From assembly GCA_014874475.1 (NCBI GenBank), contig JADBJJ010000022.1, positions 44,573-108,572 on the forward strand: a DNA stretch of 64,000 bases. Reading direction: 5' to 3'. Position 1 is the stretch's first letter, and each line of letters opens with the position of its first letter. The stretch is from Chloroflexota bacterium (GTDB taxonomy: Bacteria; Chloroflexota; Anaerolineae; B4-G1; DUEL01). The notes under the pieces were generated by a model. That model searched no databases, was not told where the DNA came from, and was given only the letters and a program-made list of their open reading frames with translations. The translations under genes were made by a program, and so were the position numbers. This document shows positions 9,813 through 23,193 of this stretch, in pieces.

Positions 9813-10079
9813 CTACCGGCGCGCTCTCCGCTCCGTCCGCAGGGGGATATCGGCCACCAGCCGGTTGACGCGCGGGCCTTCCGTGTAGGTCACCTGCACC
9901 CCATCCGGGTCTATGGGCACATGGCGGGAGATGACAGCGATGATTTCGTCCTTCAGGACCTCTAGCAGGCCGGGGGAGATGTTGGCCCGGTCGTGGGCCA
10001 GCACCAGGCGCAGGCGTTCGCGGGCGATTTCGCCACTGGGCGGTTCTTGACGGTGGAGTAGACGGTCCAGAAGTTTCAT
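9813..10079 (-). CDS. minE: Cell division topological specificity factor
   Basis: ARERLRLVLAHDR...LKDEIIAVISRH, downstream of minD. Confidence 0.93.
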   Translation of the reverse strand: MKLLDRLLHRQEPPSGEIARERLRLVLAHDRANISPGLLEVLKDEIIAVISRHVPIDPDGVQVTYTEGPRVNRLVADIPLRTERRARR

Positions 10080-10885
10080 TGTTGTTCCTCCCCCTCGAAG
10101 CGCATCCAGCGGAAAAGACGTTCCAGGAAACCCGGTTCCTTGAGCGGAGCGAAGGGGACCTCTTCGCCCATCAGGCGGCGGGCAATCTGATGGAACGCGC
10201 GGCCGGCCGGGCTGTTATCGGTAAAGGCGACTGGTCGGCCCGTGTTGGCGGCCACGATCACAGTCTCGTCCTCCGGAATGATGCCGATCAGGTCTATTGC
10301 CAGCAGTTCCAGCACGGCCTCCGTGTCCAGCATATCCCCCCGCCGCACCAGTTCTGGCTTCAGCCGGTTGATGATGAGGCGGGCGGGGCCTTTGCCTTCC
10401 GCCTCTATCAGGCCGATGACCCGGTCGGCGTCCCGCACCGCTGCCACTTCCGGATTGGTCACGATGAGCACCTCATCGGCAGGGGCGACGGCATTGCGGA
10501 ATCCTTGCTCAATCCCTGCCGGGGAATCCACCAGCAGGAAGTCAAAGGATTCCCGCAGTTCATTGCAGACGCGGACCATGTCCTCCGCGCGCAGGGCGCT
10601 CTTATCACGGGTCTGGGCAGCGGGGAGCAGATACAGTTCCTGCAGTCGCTTATCCCGCACCAACGCCTGACGCAATCGGCATCGTCCCTCCACCACATCC
10701 ACCAGGTCGTAGACGATGCGGTTCTCCAGACCCAGCATAACGTCCAGGTTGCGCAGGCCGATATCGGCGTCTATGGTCACAACTCGCTGGCCGCGCATGG
10801 CCAGCGCAACCCCCAGGTTGGCGGTGATAGTGGTCTTGCCGACCCCGCCTTTACCCGAAGTAATGGTCACCACCCGGGCACTCAT
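10076..10885 (-). CDS. minD: Septum site-determining ATPase
   Basis: TSGKGGVGKTT, DADIGLRNLD, DSPAGIE and a C-terminal amphipathic helix. Confidence 0.97.
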   Translation of the reverse strand: MSARVVTITSGKGGVGKTTITANLGVALAMRGQRVVTIDADIGLRNLDVMLGLENRIVYDLVDVVEGRCRLRQALVRDKRLQELYLLPAAQTRDKSALRAEDMVRVCNELRESFDFLLVDSPAGIEQGFRNAVAPADEVLIVTNPEVAAVRDADRVIGLIEAEGKGPARLIINRLKPELVRRGDMLDTEAVLELLAIDLIGIIPEDETVIVAANTGRPVAFTDNSPAGRAFHQIARRLMGEEVPFAPLKEPGFLERLFRWMRFEGEEQQ

Positions 10886-10894
10886 TCCACCTCC

Positions 10895-11581
10895 TTACCG
10901 ATGGGGCCAGGGAATGGCCTCTATACGCCCTCTGTGGACGCGAGCCATTTCCGGCACGGGCCGACGGCGGCGCTCCTCCGGAGATCGGGCGATGTGGTCG
11001 GCGATGCGGAGTTGCGTCGGGGCCAGGTCCAGCGCGCAGACGACCGCGTTTTCGTCCCCCAGGGCCCCAGCATGCACCATGCCCTGCAGTTTTCCCCAGA
11101 CGATAACGTGACGACCAGCGACAATCTCCGCCCCAGCATGGACGTCGCCGATGATGATGATATCGCCGGGATGTTCAATGCGCTGGCCCGAGCGGACAGT
11201 CCGTTCCACCACCAGCCCGCTGGCGGGGGGGACGAGGGTCTCTTCCTGCCCCCGTTGTGGGTCCGCTCTTCCGGCCTCCTCCGGGCGCAGAATGGGGGAG
11301 AGACCCAACCGCACTGCTGCCAGTATGGTGGCATCCGCTGTGCTCTGCATAGCCCACAGGTCTATCTCGTATCGGGCCAGCAGATCCCGCACCTGGCGAA
11401 TCTGGGCCTCATCCAGAGGCCGGGAGCCCACATCCAGAGCGGCGCGCCCGCCCTGGAAGAAGGCGGCTCCCTTCTCCAGCCGCCGGGCCAGGGCGTCTAC
11501 CTGGGCCTCCCATGGGCCTTCTCCCAGGGTAATCAGCAGCCCCTGACGGGTGCCTTTGATGGCAATGCCGTCCCTCTCCAT
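10895..11581 (-). CDS. minC: Septum site-determining protein
   Basis: IKGTRQGL, RTVRSGQ, GDVHAGAEI, GMVHAG and QLRIA motifs. Confidence 0.95.
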   Translation of the reverse strand: MERDGIAIKGTRQGLLITLGEGPWEAQVDALARRLEKGAAFFQGGRAALDVGSRPLDEAQIRQVRDLLARYEIDLWAMQSTADATILAAVRLGLSPILRPEEAGRADPQRGQEETLVPPASGLVVERTVRSGQRIEHPGDIIIIGDVHAGAEIVAGRHVIVWGKLQGMVHAGALGDENAVVCALDLAPTQLRIADHIARSPEERRRRPVPEMARVHRGRIEAIPWPHR

Positions 11582-12078
11582 TACCGCAGTGCATACTTCT
11601 CAAATAACGGGCGCAGTTGCCGGTATGTTTCCTCCAGCCACTCCGGGATGGTGCGGGTCTGACCGACGACGCTCATATAGTTGGTGTCTCCGCCCCAGCG
11701 AGGCACAACATGGAGATGGACGTGATCCGCCACCCCCGCTCCGGCGGCCGTACCGATGTTCAGCCCCACATTGAACCCCTGGGGGCTGTAGGCCTCCCGC
11801 AGCACCCGCAGGCTGGTCTGCGTCAGCACCATCCACTCCGCCAGCGTCGGCCCATCCAGGTCTTCCAGGGAAGGAACATGGACGTAGGGGACAACCATCA
11901 GGTGGCCGTTGTTGTACGGGAAGCGGTTAAGGACGACGTAGCACAGACGTCCCCGATAGACGATGTGCGCTTCCTCGTCGGGCTGGCGAGGTTTGACGCA
12001 GAAAAGACATTCCTGCGGCAGCGGCTGCTCGCCCCGCAGATAGGCCATGCGCCAGGGAGTCCAGAGAATATCGCTCAT
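11581..12078 (-). CDS. HIT family hydrolase (Ap4A phosphorylase/FHIT-like)
   Basis: Starts MSDILWTPWRMAY; has CLFC, NRFPYNNGH and HVHLHVVPRW motifs. Confidence 0.92.
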   Translation of the reverse strand: MSDILWTPWRMAYLRGEQPLPQECLFCVKPRQPDEEAHIVYRGRLCYVVLNRFPYNNGHLMVVPYVHVPSLEDLDGPTLAEWMVLTQTSLRVLREAYSPQGFNVGLNIGTAAGAGVADHVHLHVVPRWGGDTNYMSVVGQTRTIPEWLEETYRQLRPLFEKYALR

Positions 12079-12131
12079 ATTGGTCCTGAACGATGGGCTA
12101 TTGATCACCGACCGCAGACGGCGGTCTGCCT

Positions 12132-13631
12132 TCAAGGCCCGGGAGTCGGCGAGGGCGTCGGTGTGGGCATCGGCGTCGGCACGTACTGAATGGCCCCCGG
12201 CCGGATGCAGGAATCGTAGTTCGTCCCCAGAATGACCCGGAAATCCACCTCTCTGCCTGCCCCCGGCTGTTTCTCTACATCCTCCGACTTCAGGTGATAG
12301 AGGCGGGTCAGCAACCACAGGGGAGAGCCCTTGGCGGTGGTGGTGAAATCCACCAGCCGGGTGCGAGAGACCGGCTCCGTCGCTGTGATTCTTGTCACCA
12401 CGAAGCCCTCCCAGCGCAGTCGCTCGGCCGCTACCTCCGCCATTCCCGGACGCCCCGTCCCGTCCCAGACCTCCACCCGGAAGGGGGATTGGCGCGCCCG
12501 CCCGGTCGCCGGGGGCTGCAGCGCCTCCGCGACCAGCGGCTCCAGCGCGCCGGGCACCGGCAGGAGCACGTATGCGCCGTTCGGGTCGGTCCAGTGCTCC
12601 ACGTAGGGCGGGGTGATAAAGCGACTCTTCACATTGGCCCAGTCCAGGCGGGTCCCCAGCCATCCCAGATAAATCATCTCTTTCAGACCCAGGTCTGTCT
12701 CCACTGTCTGGCGGAGGGCGTCCCAGAGGTCCGGGATGCGCGTCAGCACTCCACCGCTCAATGCCTGCCGGTAGAGGGCCCGCAGGACCTGTTGCTGCCG
12801 CCGGCCGCGGTCAAAGTCGCTGGTAGACCAGCGGGAGCGGACGTACCAAAGGGCCTGCTGACCGTCCAGGTGCTGGATGCCTGGGTAGAGGTCTATATCT
12901 ACCCCCCGCGTCGGGTCGGCAGGGTCGGGGAAGGTGTCGTGGAACTCGCATTCCACCGGCACGTCCACCCCGCCCAGGGCGTCCACGATGCGGATAAAGC
13001 CGGCAAAGTCCACCATCGCGTAGTAGTGGATGGGGATGCCAAAATTGTATTCCACCGTCGCCTTGACCAGTGCCATCCGCCCGCCGGGGTAATCCTTCCC
13101 CCGGTTGATGGCGGTGTTGATTTTCCCGAACCCGTACCCGGGAATCCAGGCGTAATAGTCCCGGGGAATGGAGAGCATACTTACCGCCGGAATATCCGGG
13201 TGGACGCTGACCACGATCATCACATCTGTCCGCCCGCCGTTCTCCGCATCCAGCCCCAGCAAGAGGATGTTGATCACCCCCTCGGGCAGGGAGACAAGGG
13301 GCATCGGCGTGGGGACGGGCAGACTGATCGGCAGCGTGTTGCTGACCGGCAGTTCATAGACCGGCGTCTCGTGGGAGATGGTCGGTGGAGACGGCGGGAT
13401 CATCGTGGGCGTGGGCGTCGGGGTCGGCGTAGAGGTGGGGGCGAGCGTCGGCGTCGCCGTTGCTGTTGGCGATGAGGAAGGAGACGGCGGATGCGGATTG
13501 TTGTGGGGCACCACAATCGTTGCCGTCGGCGCTGCGCTCGTCGGGATAATAGGCACTATCAGCCCCCGCGCGGCGATGGCGGTGGCGACCAGAACGAAAA
13601 TCAGGATGACAGGCGCAAACACCTTCCTCAT
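12132..13631 (-). CDS. LCP (LytR-CpsA-Psr) family glycopolymer transferase with LytR_C domain
   Basis: N-terminal TM and Pro/Thr linker; NILLLG, RTD, SIPRD, KIN, YVRSR and DFDRGRRQQ motifs. Confidence 0.92.
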   Translation of the reverse strand: MRKVFAPVILIFVLVATAIAARGLIVPIIPTSAAPTATIVVPHNNPHPPSPSSSPTATATPTLAPTSTPTPTPTPTMIPPSPPTISHETPVYELPVSNTLPISLPVPTPMPLVSLPEGVINILLLGLDAENGGRTDVMIVVSVHPDIPAVSMLSIPRDYYAWIPGYGFGKINTAINRGKDYPGGRMALVKATVEYNFGIPIHYYAMVDFAGFIRIVDALGGVDVPVECEFHDTFPDPADPTRGVDIDLYPGIQHLDGQQALWYVRSRWSTSDFDRGRRQQQVLRALYRQALSGGVLTRIPDLWDALRQTVETDLGLKEMIYLGWLGTRLDWANVKSRFITPPYVEHWTDPNGAYVLLPVPGALEPLVAEALQPPATGRARQSPFRVEVWDGTGRPGMAEVAAERLRWEGFVVTRITATEPVSRTRLVDFTTTAKGSPLWLLTRLYHLKSEDVEKQPGAGREVDFRVILGTNYDSCIRPGAIQYVPTPMPTPTPSPTPGP

Positions 13632-13645
13632 TCGCTGGACTTTCC

Positions 13646-13674
13646 TTGCCTTTAGAGTTCTTTTGGATTATACT
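13646..13674 (+). promoter_or_regulatory. surE promoter overlapping a divergent LCP -10 box
   Basis: TTGCCT, 17 bp, TATACT on +; TATAAT on - at 13667-13672. Confidence 0.55.
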
Positions 13675-13679
13675 ACGGA

Positions 13680-14531
13680 ATGTTGAAAATGCCAGTGCAG
13701 ACTACAGACCATAGACCCCTCATTCTGATAACCAACGATGACGGGATTGATTCGCCCGGGCTGCTGGCCGCGGTCCGGGCAGTCTGGGGATTGGGGGATG
13801 TGCTGGTCGTCGCGCCCACCCGTCAGTGGTCGGGGGCGGGCCGCTCGTTCGCACGGGAGACCACCGGCACCATTGCTCCCCGAACGCTGGATGTGGATGG
13901 GGAGCGGATACCGGCGTTCGCCGTGGACGGTTCCCCCGCCCAGGTGGTGCTACACGCATTGATGGAATTGGCCTCCCGTCCGCCGGACCTGCTGGTGGTA
14001 GGGATCAATTACGGAGAGAACCCTGGAGCCGATGTGACCTGCTCCGGCACGATCGGCGCAGCGCTCCAGGGCGCTTCCTGCGGCATCCCGGCGCTGGCTG
14101 TCTCCCGGCAGGCGCCCAAAGAGGTTCACATCAATCTCTCCGACGAGGTGGATTTCACCGTCGCGGCCCATTTCACCCGATTCTTCGCCCACCGGATCTT
14201 AGCGGTAGCGCTCCCCTTTGATGTGGACGTCCTCAAAGTGGACGTCCCCGACTGCGCGACCCCCCAAACCCCCTGGCGGCTGACCCGCCAATCCCGTCGG
14301 ACCTACTTTCGTCCGGTCCCGCCCCAGCGAAATGACCTCTCTCAACCCGGGCGGATGGACTATGAGGCCGCGTGGGACATCCAGGACCTGGAGCCGGATA
14401 GCGACATCTACGCGCTGGTGGTGGACCGGGTGGTAGCAGTGACGCCGTTGAGTTTGGACCTGACCTCCCGGGTCCATCTGGCGGAGATCGCCCGAATACT
14501 TCAACCTTCGCCCGAGGGTGTGGCAACTTGA
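13680..14531 (+). CDS. surE: 5'/3'-nucleotidase SurE
   Basis: ILITNDDGI, VAP..QWSGAG, GINYGEN and SGTIGAA motifs. Confidence 0.95.
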   Translation: MLKMPVQTTDHRPLILITNDDGIDSPGLLAAVRAVWGLGDVLVVAPTRQWSGAGRSFARETTGTIAPRTLDVDGERIPAFAVDGSPAQVVLHALMELASRPPDLLVVGINYGENPGADVTCSGTIGAALQGASCGIPALAVSRQAPKEVHINLSDEVDFTVAAHFTRFFAHRILAVALPFDVDVLKVDVPDCATPQTPWRLTRQSRRTYFRPVPPQRNDLSQPGRMDYEAAWDIQDLEPDSDIYALVVDRVVAVTPLSLDLTSRVHLAEIARILQPSPEGVAT

Positions 14532-14549
14532 AATGACGCCTTTGTCCCT

Positions 14550-17500
14550 ATGAAACTGACCGTTCCGTTCATTCTACTGACCTTTCTGCTGATCCTGGCC
14601 CTCCTGAGCGGCGCGGCTCTTGCCGCCGACCACCGCGCCGCCCTGCGCGGCATCCCCCCGGGCCTGCCCGAACCCGTCGCCGATGCCGACGTCCCTCTCC
14701 TCTGCGTCAACGCGGCGCTTCATGCTCCCTCGCAGCCCCTCTCCCTGGAGCAGACACTGGACCTCATCGCCGCCGGTGGCTTCCGCTGGGTGCGGCAATC
14801 CTTCCCCTGGGCGCTGATAGAACCCGCTCCGTACCAGTACGACTGGGCCCTCTGGGATCACATCGTAGAAGAGACGGCCCTGCGCGACCTGCGACTGATC
14901 GCCGTCCTGGAGCGTCCGCCGGATTGGGCCGGGAATCCCCCCATCCCGGTGGACTTCGCCCGCTTCGCCGGAGCCGTTGCGGCCCGCTACGGCGACCGCA
15001 TAGACTACTATCAGGTCTGGCACAACCCCAACCTGCAGGACGGCTGGGGCACGCAGCCGCATCCGGCCCAGTACGCCGAACTCCTCCGTCAGGCCGCCCA
15101 GGCCATCCGCTCCGCTGACCCCGATGCCCGCATCCTTCTGGCAGGCCTGGCCCCCACGGTGGAGCAGGGACCTCAGAACATCTCCGAAGTCCGCTTCCTG
15201 GAGGAACTCTACACCGTCGGGGCGGCCCCGTATTTTGACATCGTCACCGCCCAGGCCTACGGTTTTGAGACGGGGCCGGAGGACCGGCGGGTGGGTGAGG
15301 GAGTGCTCAACTTCTCCCGCGCCGTCCTGATCCGGGAAGTAATGGAAGCCCACGGGGAGGGCGGGAAATCCCTCTGGGTCTCCCACTTTGGCTGGAACAG
15401 CCTCCCGCCGTCCTGGGAGGACGTTCCCTCTATCTGGGGAACCGTTGATGAAGGGACTCAAGTGGCGTACACCGTCGGCGCGCTGGAGCGGGCCCGCCGA
15501 GAGTGGCCCTGGGCTGGCGCGATGTGCCTTTCCCACTTCCAACCCGACCTGAGCCTGCCCGCGCCCGGCACAGGCACCCCCGACGCCCGTCGCCACTGGG
15601 GCTTTGCCCTGGTCGGGCCCGACGGCACTCCCCGGTCTCTCTACGACGCGGTGGCCGAATGGGCCCACCGTACCCCCACCAATGACCCTGGATACTGGAC
15701 CCCATCTTCCGGCGTCGCCACCTGGGAGGGTGGGTGGGAACTCTCCGAATTGGGCGCCGACCCGGGGCAGGAGGGGACGTACACGGTGACGATTCCCTTC
15801 TGGGGCACCGACTTCGGTTTGCGGGTGCGGCCGGGCAACTACCGGGCCTACCTCTACGTCGCGGTGGATGGAGAGCCGGCCAATATGCTCCCCCAGGATG
15901 AGCAGGGCCGGGCCTACGTCATCCTGACCTCCCCGGATTACCGGCCTCAGGAAGTTACGATACCGGTCGCCCGGGGCCTTGCGCCGGGGCGGCATACCGC
16001 CGTTGTGGTCGCCGAACGGGGTTGGGATCAGTGGCCGCTGGCAGGGTGGAGTGTGGGGTACCGCCCCGACGACCGTCTCTATCGGCGCGCCCTAACAGGC
16101 CTGGGAGCCCTTGTGCTGGGCGCGCTGGCGGGAGCGGTCGTCATCGGGCGGCGGATGGACTGGGGCCGGGTCGGGCGCGCGGTCGCCGATGTATGGGCGC
16201 GCTTCTCGGAGGGGGTCCGCTGGGTGCTTACCCTCATCGCCGCTGGCCTCCTCTGGGCGGGGGCCTGGATGACCTGGGGCCTGGAGACGGGCGGGGGCGT
16301 CTTCCGCCGCCTGGGAGAGGGCGGCAGTCTCGCAGTGACGCTGGCCACCGCCGGCCTCTTCTACTCCCCCTGGTTCCTGCTGACGGTCCTCGCTGGCCTG
16401 GTGCTCTTCGGCATCATCCTTCTGCGGCCCGATTACGGGCTGGCGCTGATCGCCGGACTGGCTCCCTTCTATACCCTTCCCCGCCCGCTCCTGGATAAAG
16501 CCTTCTCTATGGCCGAAATCGTCACCCTGATGACGCTGGTGTCGTGGGGGGTGAGAGCCCTCTCTTCTCTTGGCTCTTCCCCTTCTCCCGCTCTGCGGGA
16601 GAAGGGAGAGGGTGGCCTAAAGGGCTGGGGGTGGGGTGGGGGCGTCGTCCTGGCCCTCGTCCTGGTCTCTCTGGCCTCCACCCTCCAGGCCGACTTCCAG
16701 CGGGTGGCCTGGAGGGAACTGCGGACGACCATCCTGGAGCCGGCCCTGTTCTACCTGATGCTGCGGACGCTGCCGATGAATCGCCAGGGGCAGGCACAAG
16801 GCCTCTCCCCGCTGTGGCGCGTGGCCGACTTTTTCGTCCTGGGTGGGGTGGCGGTGGCCGTCATCGGCCTGGTCCAGTACGCGTTGGGGGTCAATCTCAT
16901 CACCGCCGAGGGAGGATTGCCCCGCCTGCGCTCCGTCTACGGCTCGCCGAACAACGTGGGGCTCTACCTGGGGCGGGTGCTGCCGCTGCTGGTGGCGGTG
17001 GCCTTGCTGGCGCGGGACCGGAGGCGGCGGCTGGCCTACGGGCTGGCCGCGCTGCCGGTGGGCGCGGCGCTGCTGCTCAGTTTCTCCAAAGGGGCCCTCC
17101 TCCTGGGCGTTCCTGCCGCCCTGGTGACGGTGGGGCTTCTGGCGAATGGGCGCTGGCGCTGGGCCACCCTGGTCCTTATCCTGGTCCTGGCGCTGGCGCT
17201 GATCCCGCTCCTGCAACTGCCTCGCTTCGCCTCCCTCTTCACCACCCAGGAGGGCACCACTTTCTTCCGCCTCAAACTCTGGCAGGGGACAGCGGCGATG
17301 ATTCGGGACCACTTCTGGCTGGGCGTGGGACCGGATAACTTCCTCTACCACTACCGGAGTCGCTACATCCTCCCCTCGGCCTGGCAGGAGCCGGACCTCT
17401 CCCATCCCCACAACTTCCTGCTGGACTTCTGGGCCCGGCTGGGGGTCCTGGGGGTGGTGGCAGGTATCGGGCTACAGGTCGCCTTCTGGCGGGCCGCCCT

Positions 17501-17692
17501 CCCCCTGCGCCGCCACGCCGACCCCGATGCCCGCGCCCTGGCCGTCGGCCTTATGGGCGGCGTCGCCGACATGCTGGCCCACGGCCTGGTGGACCATTCG
17601 TTCTTCCTGATAGACCTGGCCTACGCCTTTTTCCTGGCCCTGGCTCTCGCGGAACGAATGAAACAAAACGACAAAGAGACAAAAGGAGCAAA

Positions 17693-17696
<4 letters not shown>
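14550..17696 (+). CDS. Membrane protein with a GH-A clan (GH5-like) domain, a beta-rich domain and an O-antigen ligase/polymerase domain
   Basis: Signal peptide; GFRWVRQSFPW TIM-barrel motifs; C-terminal multi-TM region with RLRSVYGSPN, SFSKG, GVGPDNF and HPHN (WaaL/Wzy_C-like). Confidence 0.85.
16580..16606. repeat. Perfect palindrome (REP-like) inside the CDS
   Basis: CCCTTCTCCCGC-TCT-GCGGGAGAAGGG, a 12-bp stem followed by a G-rich tail. Confidence 0.75.
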
Positions 17697-19150
<1,454 letters not shown>

Positions 19151-19497
19151 CGGCGGCCGCCGGCGTGCTGCGCCTCACCCTCCCGCCTCTCTCCGGGGCG
19201 GTGCTGGCGCGCGGCCCATAGCGCCGGACCTGCGCGGGCTGACACCTGGGCTGTGCCGGGTCAAAGCGGCGCAAGATTTGGCCGTTGAACAAACCTTAGA
19301 CTCCCTCTGCCCCGAAAAAGAGGCGAGCGTCACTGTCCGCTCTACTCCTCGTCCAGCGGCGCGCCGCTGCCGGATGGTGTGCAACCGGGCGATTCCCGCG
19401 GCGCCATCGCTCGCGCCACCTCTCGTCCAGCGGCGCGCCGCCGTTAACCCACCCCCGCCCCTCTTCACATTCCCCCTCCCGTTTCACCCTTCACTCT

Positions 19498-20919
19498 TCA
19501 CGCTTTACGATGATGGTAATGAATCATTGCCCCTCGGAATCCCAGCGCGGCCTCCAGGACAGCCTCTGTCAATGTGGGATGGGCATGGGTTGTCCAGGCC
19601 AGGTCGTCCGCCGTGGCGCCCGTCTGTACTGCCAGCGCCCCTTCGGCGATCAGTTCGGTGACGTGCGGGCCCATCATATGCACCCCCAGCACCCGTCCGC
19701 TGCCCGCCTCGCAGACGATGCGCACCAGCCCCTCCGTCTCCCCCAGAATCTGGGCACGGGGATTGGCGGAGAACGGGAACTGGAGCACCCGGACGTCGGC
19801 GCCCTGCTGGCGGGCCTGCTCTTCCGTCAGTCCGACGCCCGCTACCTCTGGCGAAGTGAAGATAGCGCTGGGCACGGAGCGGTAGTCCACCGCCCGCTTC
19901 TGACCGGCGATATTCTCCACCGCCACCCGCCCGTCCACCATCGCCTTGTGGGCCAGCATCATCCCGCCCACCGCGTCGCCGATGGCCCAGACGTTGGGGA
20001 TGTTCGTCTGCAGGTACTCGTCCACTGCGATGGCCCGCCGGTTCATCTGGACGCCGACCTCCTCCAGCCCCAGGTCGGCGGTGTTGGGCCAGCGGCCCGT
20101 CGCCAGCAGGACCCGGTCGCCCTCTACGGCCTCTTCGCCCTTCGCCGTGGCAAACCGTACCCGCAGGGTCAAGGCTTGCCCCGCTCCTGCTTCTTCCACA
20201 GCCTGGACCGTCGCGCCGGTGCGGATGTCCATTCCCCGCCGCCTCAGCAGGGCTGCCAGCCGCTTGGATATGGCCTCGTCGGCTGCGCCGGGGAGGAGAT
20301 TCGGCATCATCTCCAGGACGGTGATCCGGCTCCCCAGCGCCTCGTAGATGCAGGCGAACTCCAGCCCGATGACCCCGCCGCCGATGACAATCAGATGGGC
20401 CGGGACGGTGGAGACGTCCAGCGCCTCCGTACTGGTCACCACGCCGGGCAGGTCCAGGCCGGGGATGGGCGGGCGGGCCGTCACCGAGCCGGGAGCCAGG
20501 ATGATATGTCGGGCGGTTACCTCTGTCGTCTGCTCGGCCCCGTCGGCCACGGCGAGGGCATCCGGGCGGACCAGGCGGCCCCGGCCCCGGATCACCGTCA
20601 CCTTCCGCTCCTTCAGCAACTGCTCCACGCCGCCCACCAGCCGCTCCACGGCGGCCCGCTGGTAGGCCATCATCCTCTCCAGGTCAGGCGCGGCTTCGGG
20701 GATATGGACGCCGTACTCTGCGGCGCGGCGGGCCCGGACCAGCAGGTCTGTGGCGGTGACCAGCGCCTTTGTCGGGATGCAGCCGACGTTGAGGCACGTC
20801 CCGCCGATGCGCGCCTGCTCCACCAGCGCGACGCGCAGCCCCAACTGGGCAGCCCGCAACGCGGCCACGTACCCACCGGGCCCCGCCCCTAAAACTGCAA
20901 CATCGTAGACTTCGGTCAT
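19498..20919 (-). CDS. lpdA: Dihydrolipoyl dehydrogenase
   Basis: GAGPGG, GGTCLNVGCIPTK, IGGGVIGLE and HPTLTE motifs; GGAGG RBS. Confidence 0.97.
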   Translation of the reverse strand: MTEVYDVAVLGAGPGGYVAALRAAQLGLRVALVEQARIGGTCLNVGCIPTKALVTATDLLVRARRAAEYGVHIPEAAPDLERMMAYQRAAVERLVGGVEQLLKERKVTVIRGRGRLVRPDALAVADGAEQTTEVTARHIILAPGSVTARPPIPGLDLPGVVTSTEALDVSTVPAHLIVIGGGVIGLEFACIYEALGSRITVLEMMPNLLPGAADEAISKRLAALLRRRGMDIRTGATVQAVEEAGAGQALTLRVRFATAKGEEAVEGDRVLLATGRWPNTADLGLEEVGVQMNRRAIAVDEYLQTNIPNVWAIGDAVGGMMLAHKAMVDGRVAVENIAGQKRAVDYRSVPSAIFTSPEVAGVGLTEEQARQQGADVRVLQFPFSANPRAQILGETEGLVRIVCEAGSGRVLGVHMMGPHVTELIAEGALAVQTGATADDLAWTTHAHPTLTEAVLEAALGFRGAMIHYHHRKA

Positions 20920-20974
20920 TTCATCCTCCTGTATGCCGAAATGATCCCCCGGGTTTCCTGTTCCGAACGTTTGT

Positions 20975-21556
20975 TCACTCGGTCATTTCCTCACTTCTCT
21001 CGTGTTCCATCCGGCAATCCGTCTCCGGGTGAGTCCAGACGGTCAGACCACAGCCGGGGCAGGTGGCCGGCTGGAGACGGCTCTTCCTCTGCTTGCGCGG
21101 CCGCACCTCCGGTGTAAGCAGTGAAAGGGGTCCTGGCCGTGAGTGCACGGAACGGGGGGCTTTTGACCCTGGCGCGACTTGGTGATTTCGGTTTACCTCC
21201 ACCCGGAAGATGGATTCGGAGAGAGGGGTCTCCTGGCAACGGGGACAGGGGCACTGCAGGGCGGGAGCCTCTGCAGTTGCCGGCCCGAGGACTGCCGCCA
21301 GCGGCCGTTCCACCTGGGGATCAGCCGGGCGGTAGTAAGCAAAAAGCCCCTCCTGGCGCCGGGAAATCGGGCCGGCCTCCCGCAGCACCCGCAACGGCTG
21401 GGAGGCACAGGGTTGGGAAACTCCCAGCGCGGCCGGCAGGTGAGAGACACAGGCTTCCCCGCTCCGCAGAACGTCCAGAATCCGCAGGAGCGCCGGATGG
21501 CCCAGGAGGAACAGACGGATTACGGGTTCGTAGTGTTTTTCGTCCCCGGGGGTCAC
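20975..21556 (-). pseudogene. Degenerate ArsR/SmtB regulator running into Cys-rich remnants
   Basis: GHP.LLRILDVL..GEACV..L...LGVSQ..ASQ.LRVLREAG HTH with several helix-breaking Pro substitutions; CPCPRC and CPGCG tail; TTGACA/TATATT promoter at 21569-21596. Confidence 0.55.
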
Positions 21557-21776
21557 TATGCGATGAAAAATATACCCCCGATTCCGTTTTTGTCAAGATG
21601 ACGGTCGTCGCCTAAAGGGGATGAAGGGGATGAAACCTGCCGGGCAAGGCACTGTGGGTCGGATTTCCTATAGACCGGGAGCCTGCCCTGCATTCCGCCA
21701 CAATTCAAGACGGACTTACCGCAGGCGCAAGCGCGAGCGCTGGTTGCTGTTCTTGGCAAAGGTGATATACTTATAA

Positions 21777-23105
<1,329 letters not shown>

Positions 23106-23193
23106 GGTTCGCTACCGTCATCCCGGTGTTTATCCCGGTGTTGCCGGCAATGGCACCATTCGCCTCTTAACGGTTGGGCTTGAGGAAATCCTT

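Noticed and set aside
11581-12663. 360-aa version of the HIT ORF, and the 451-aa version of the DUF523 ORF at 46826
   Set aside because: The extensions overlap neighbouring genes; family homology starts at 12078 and 47198.
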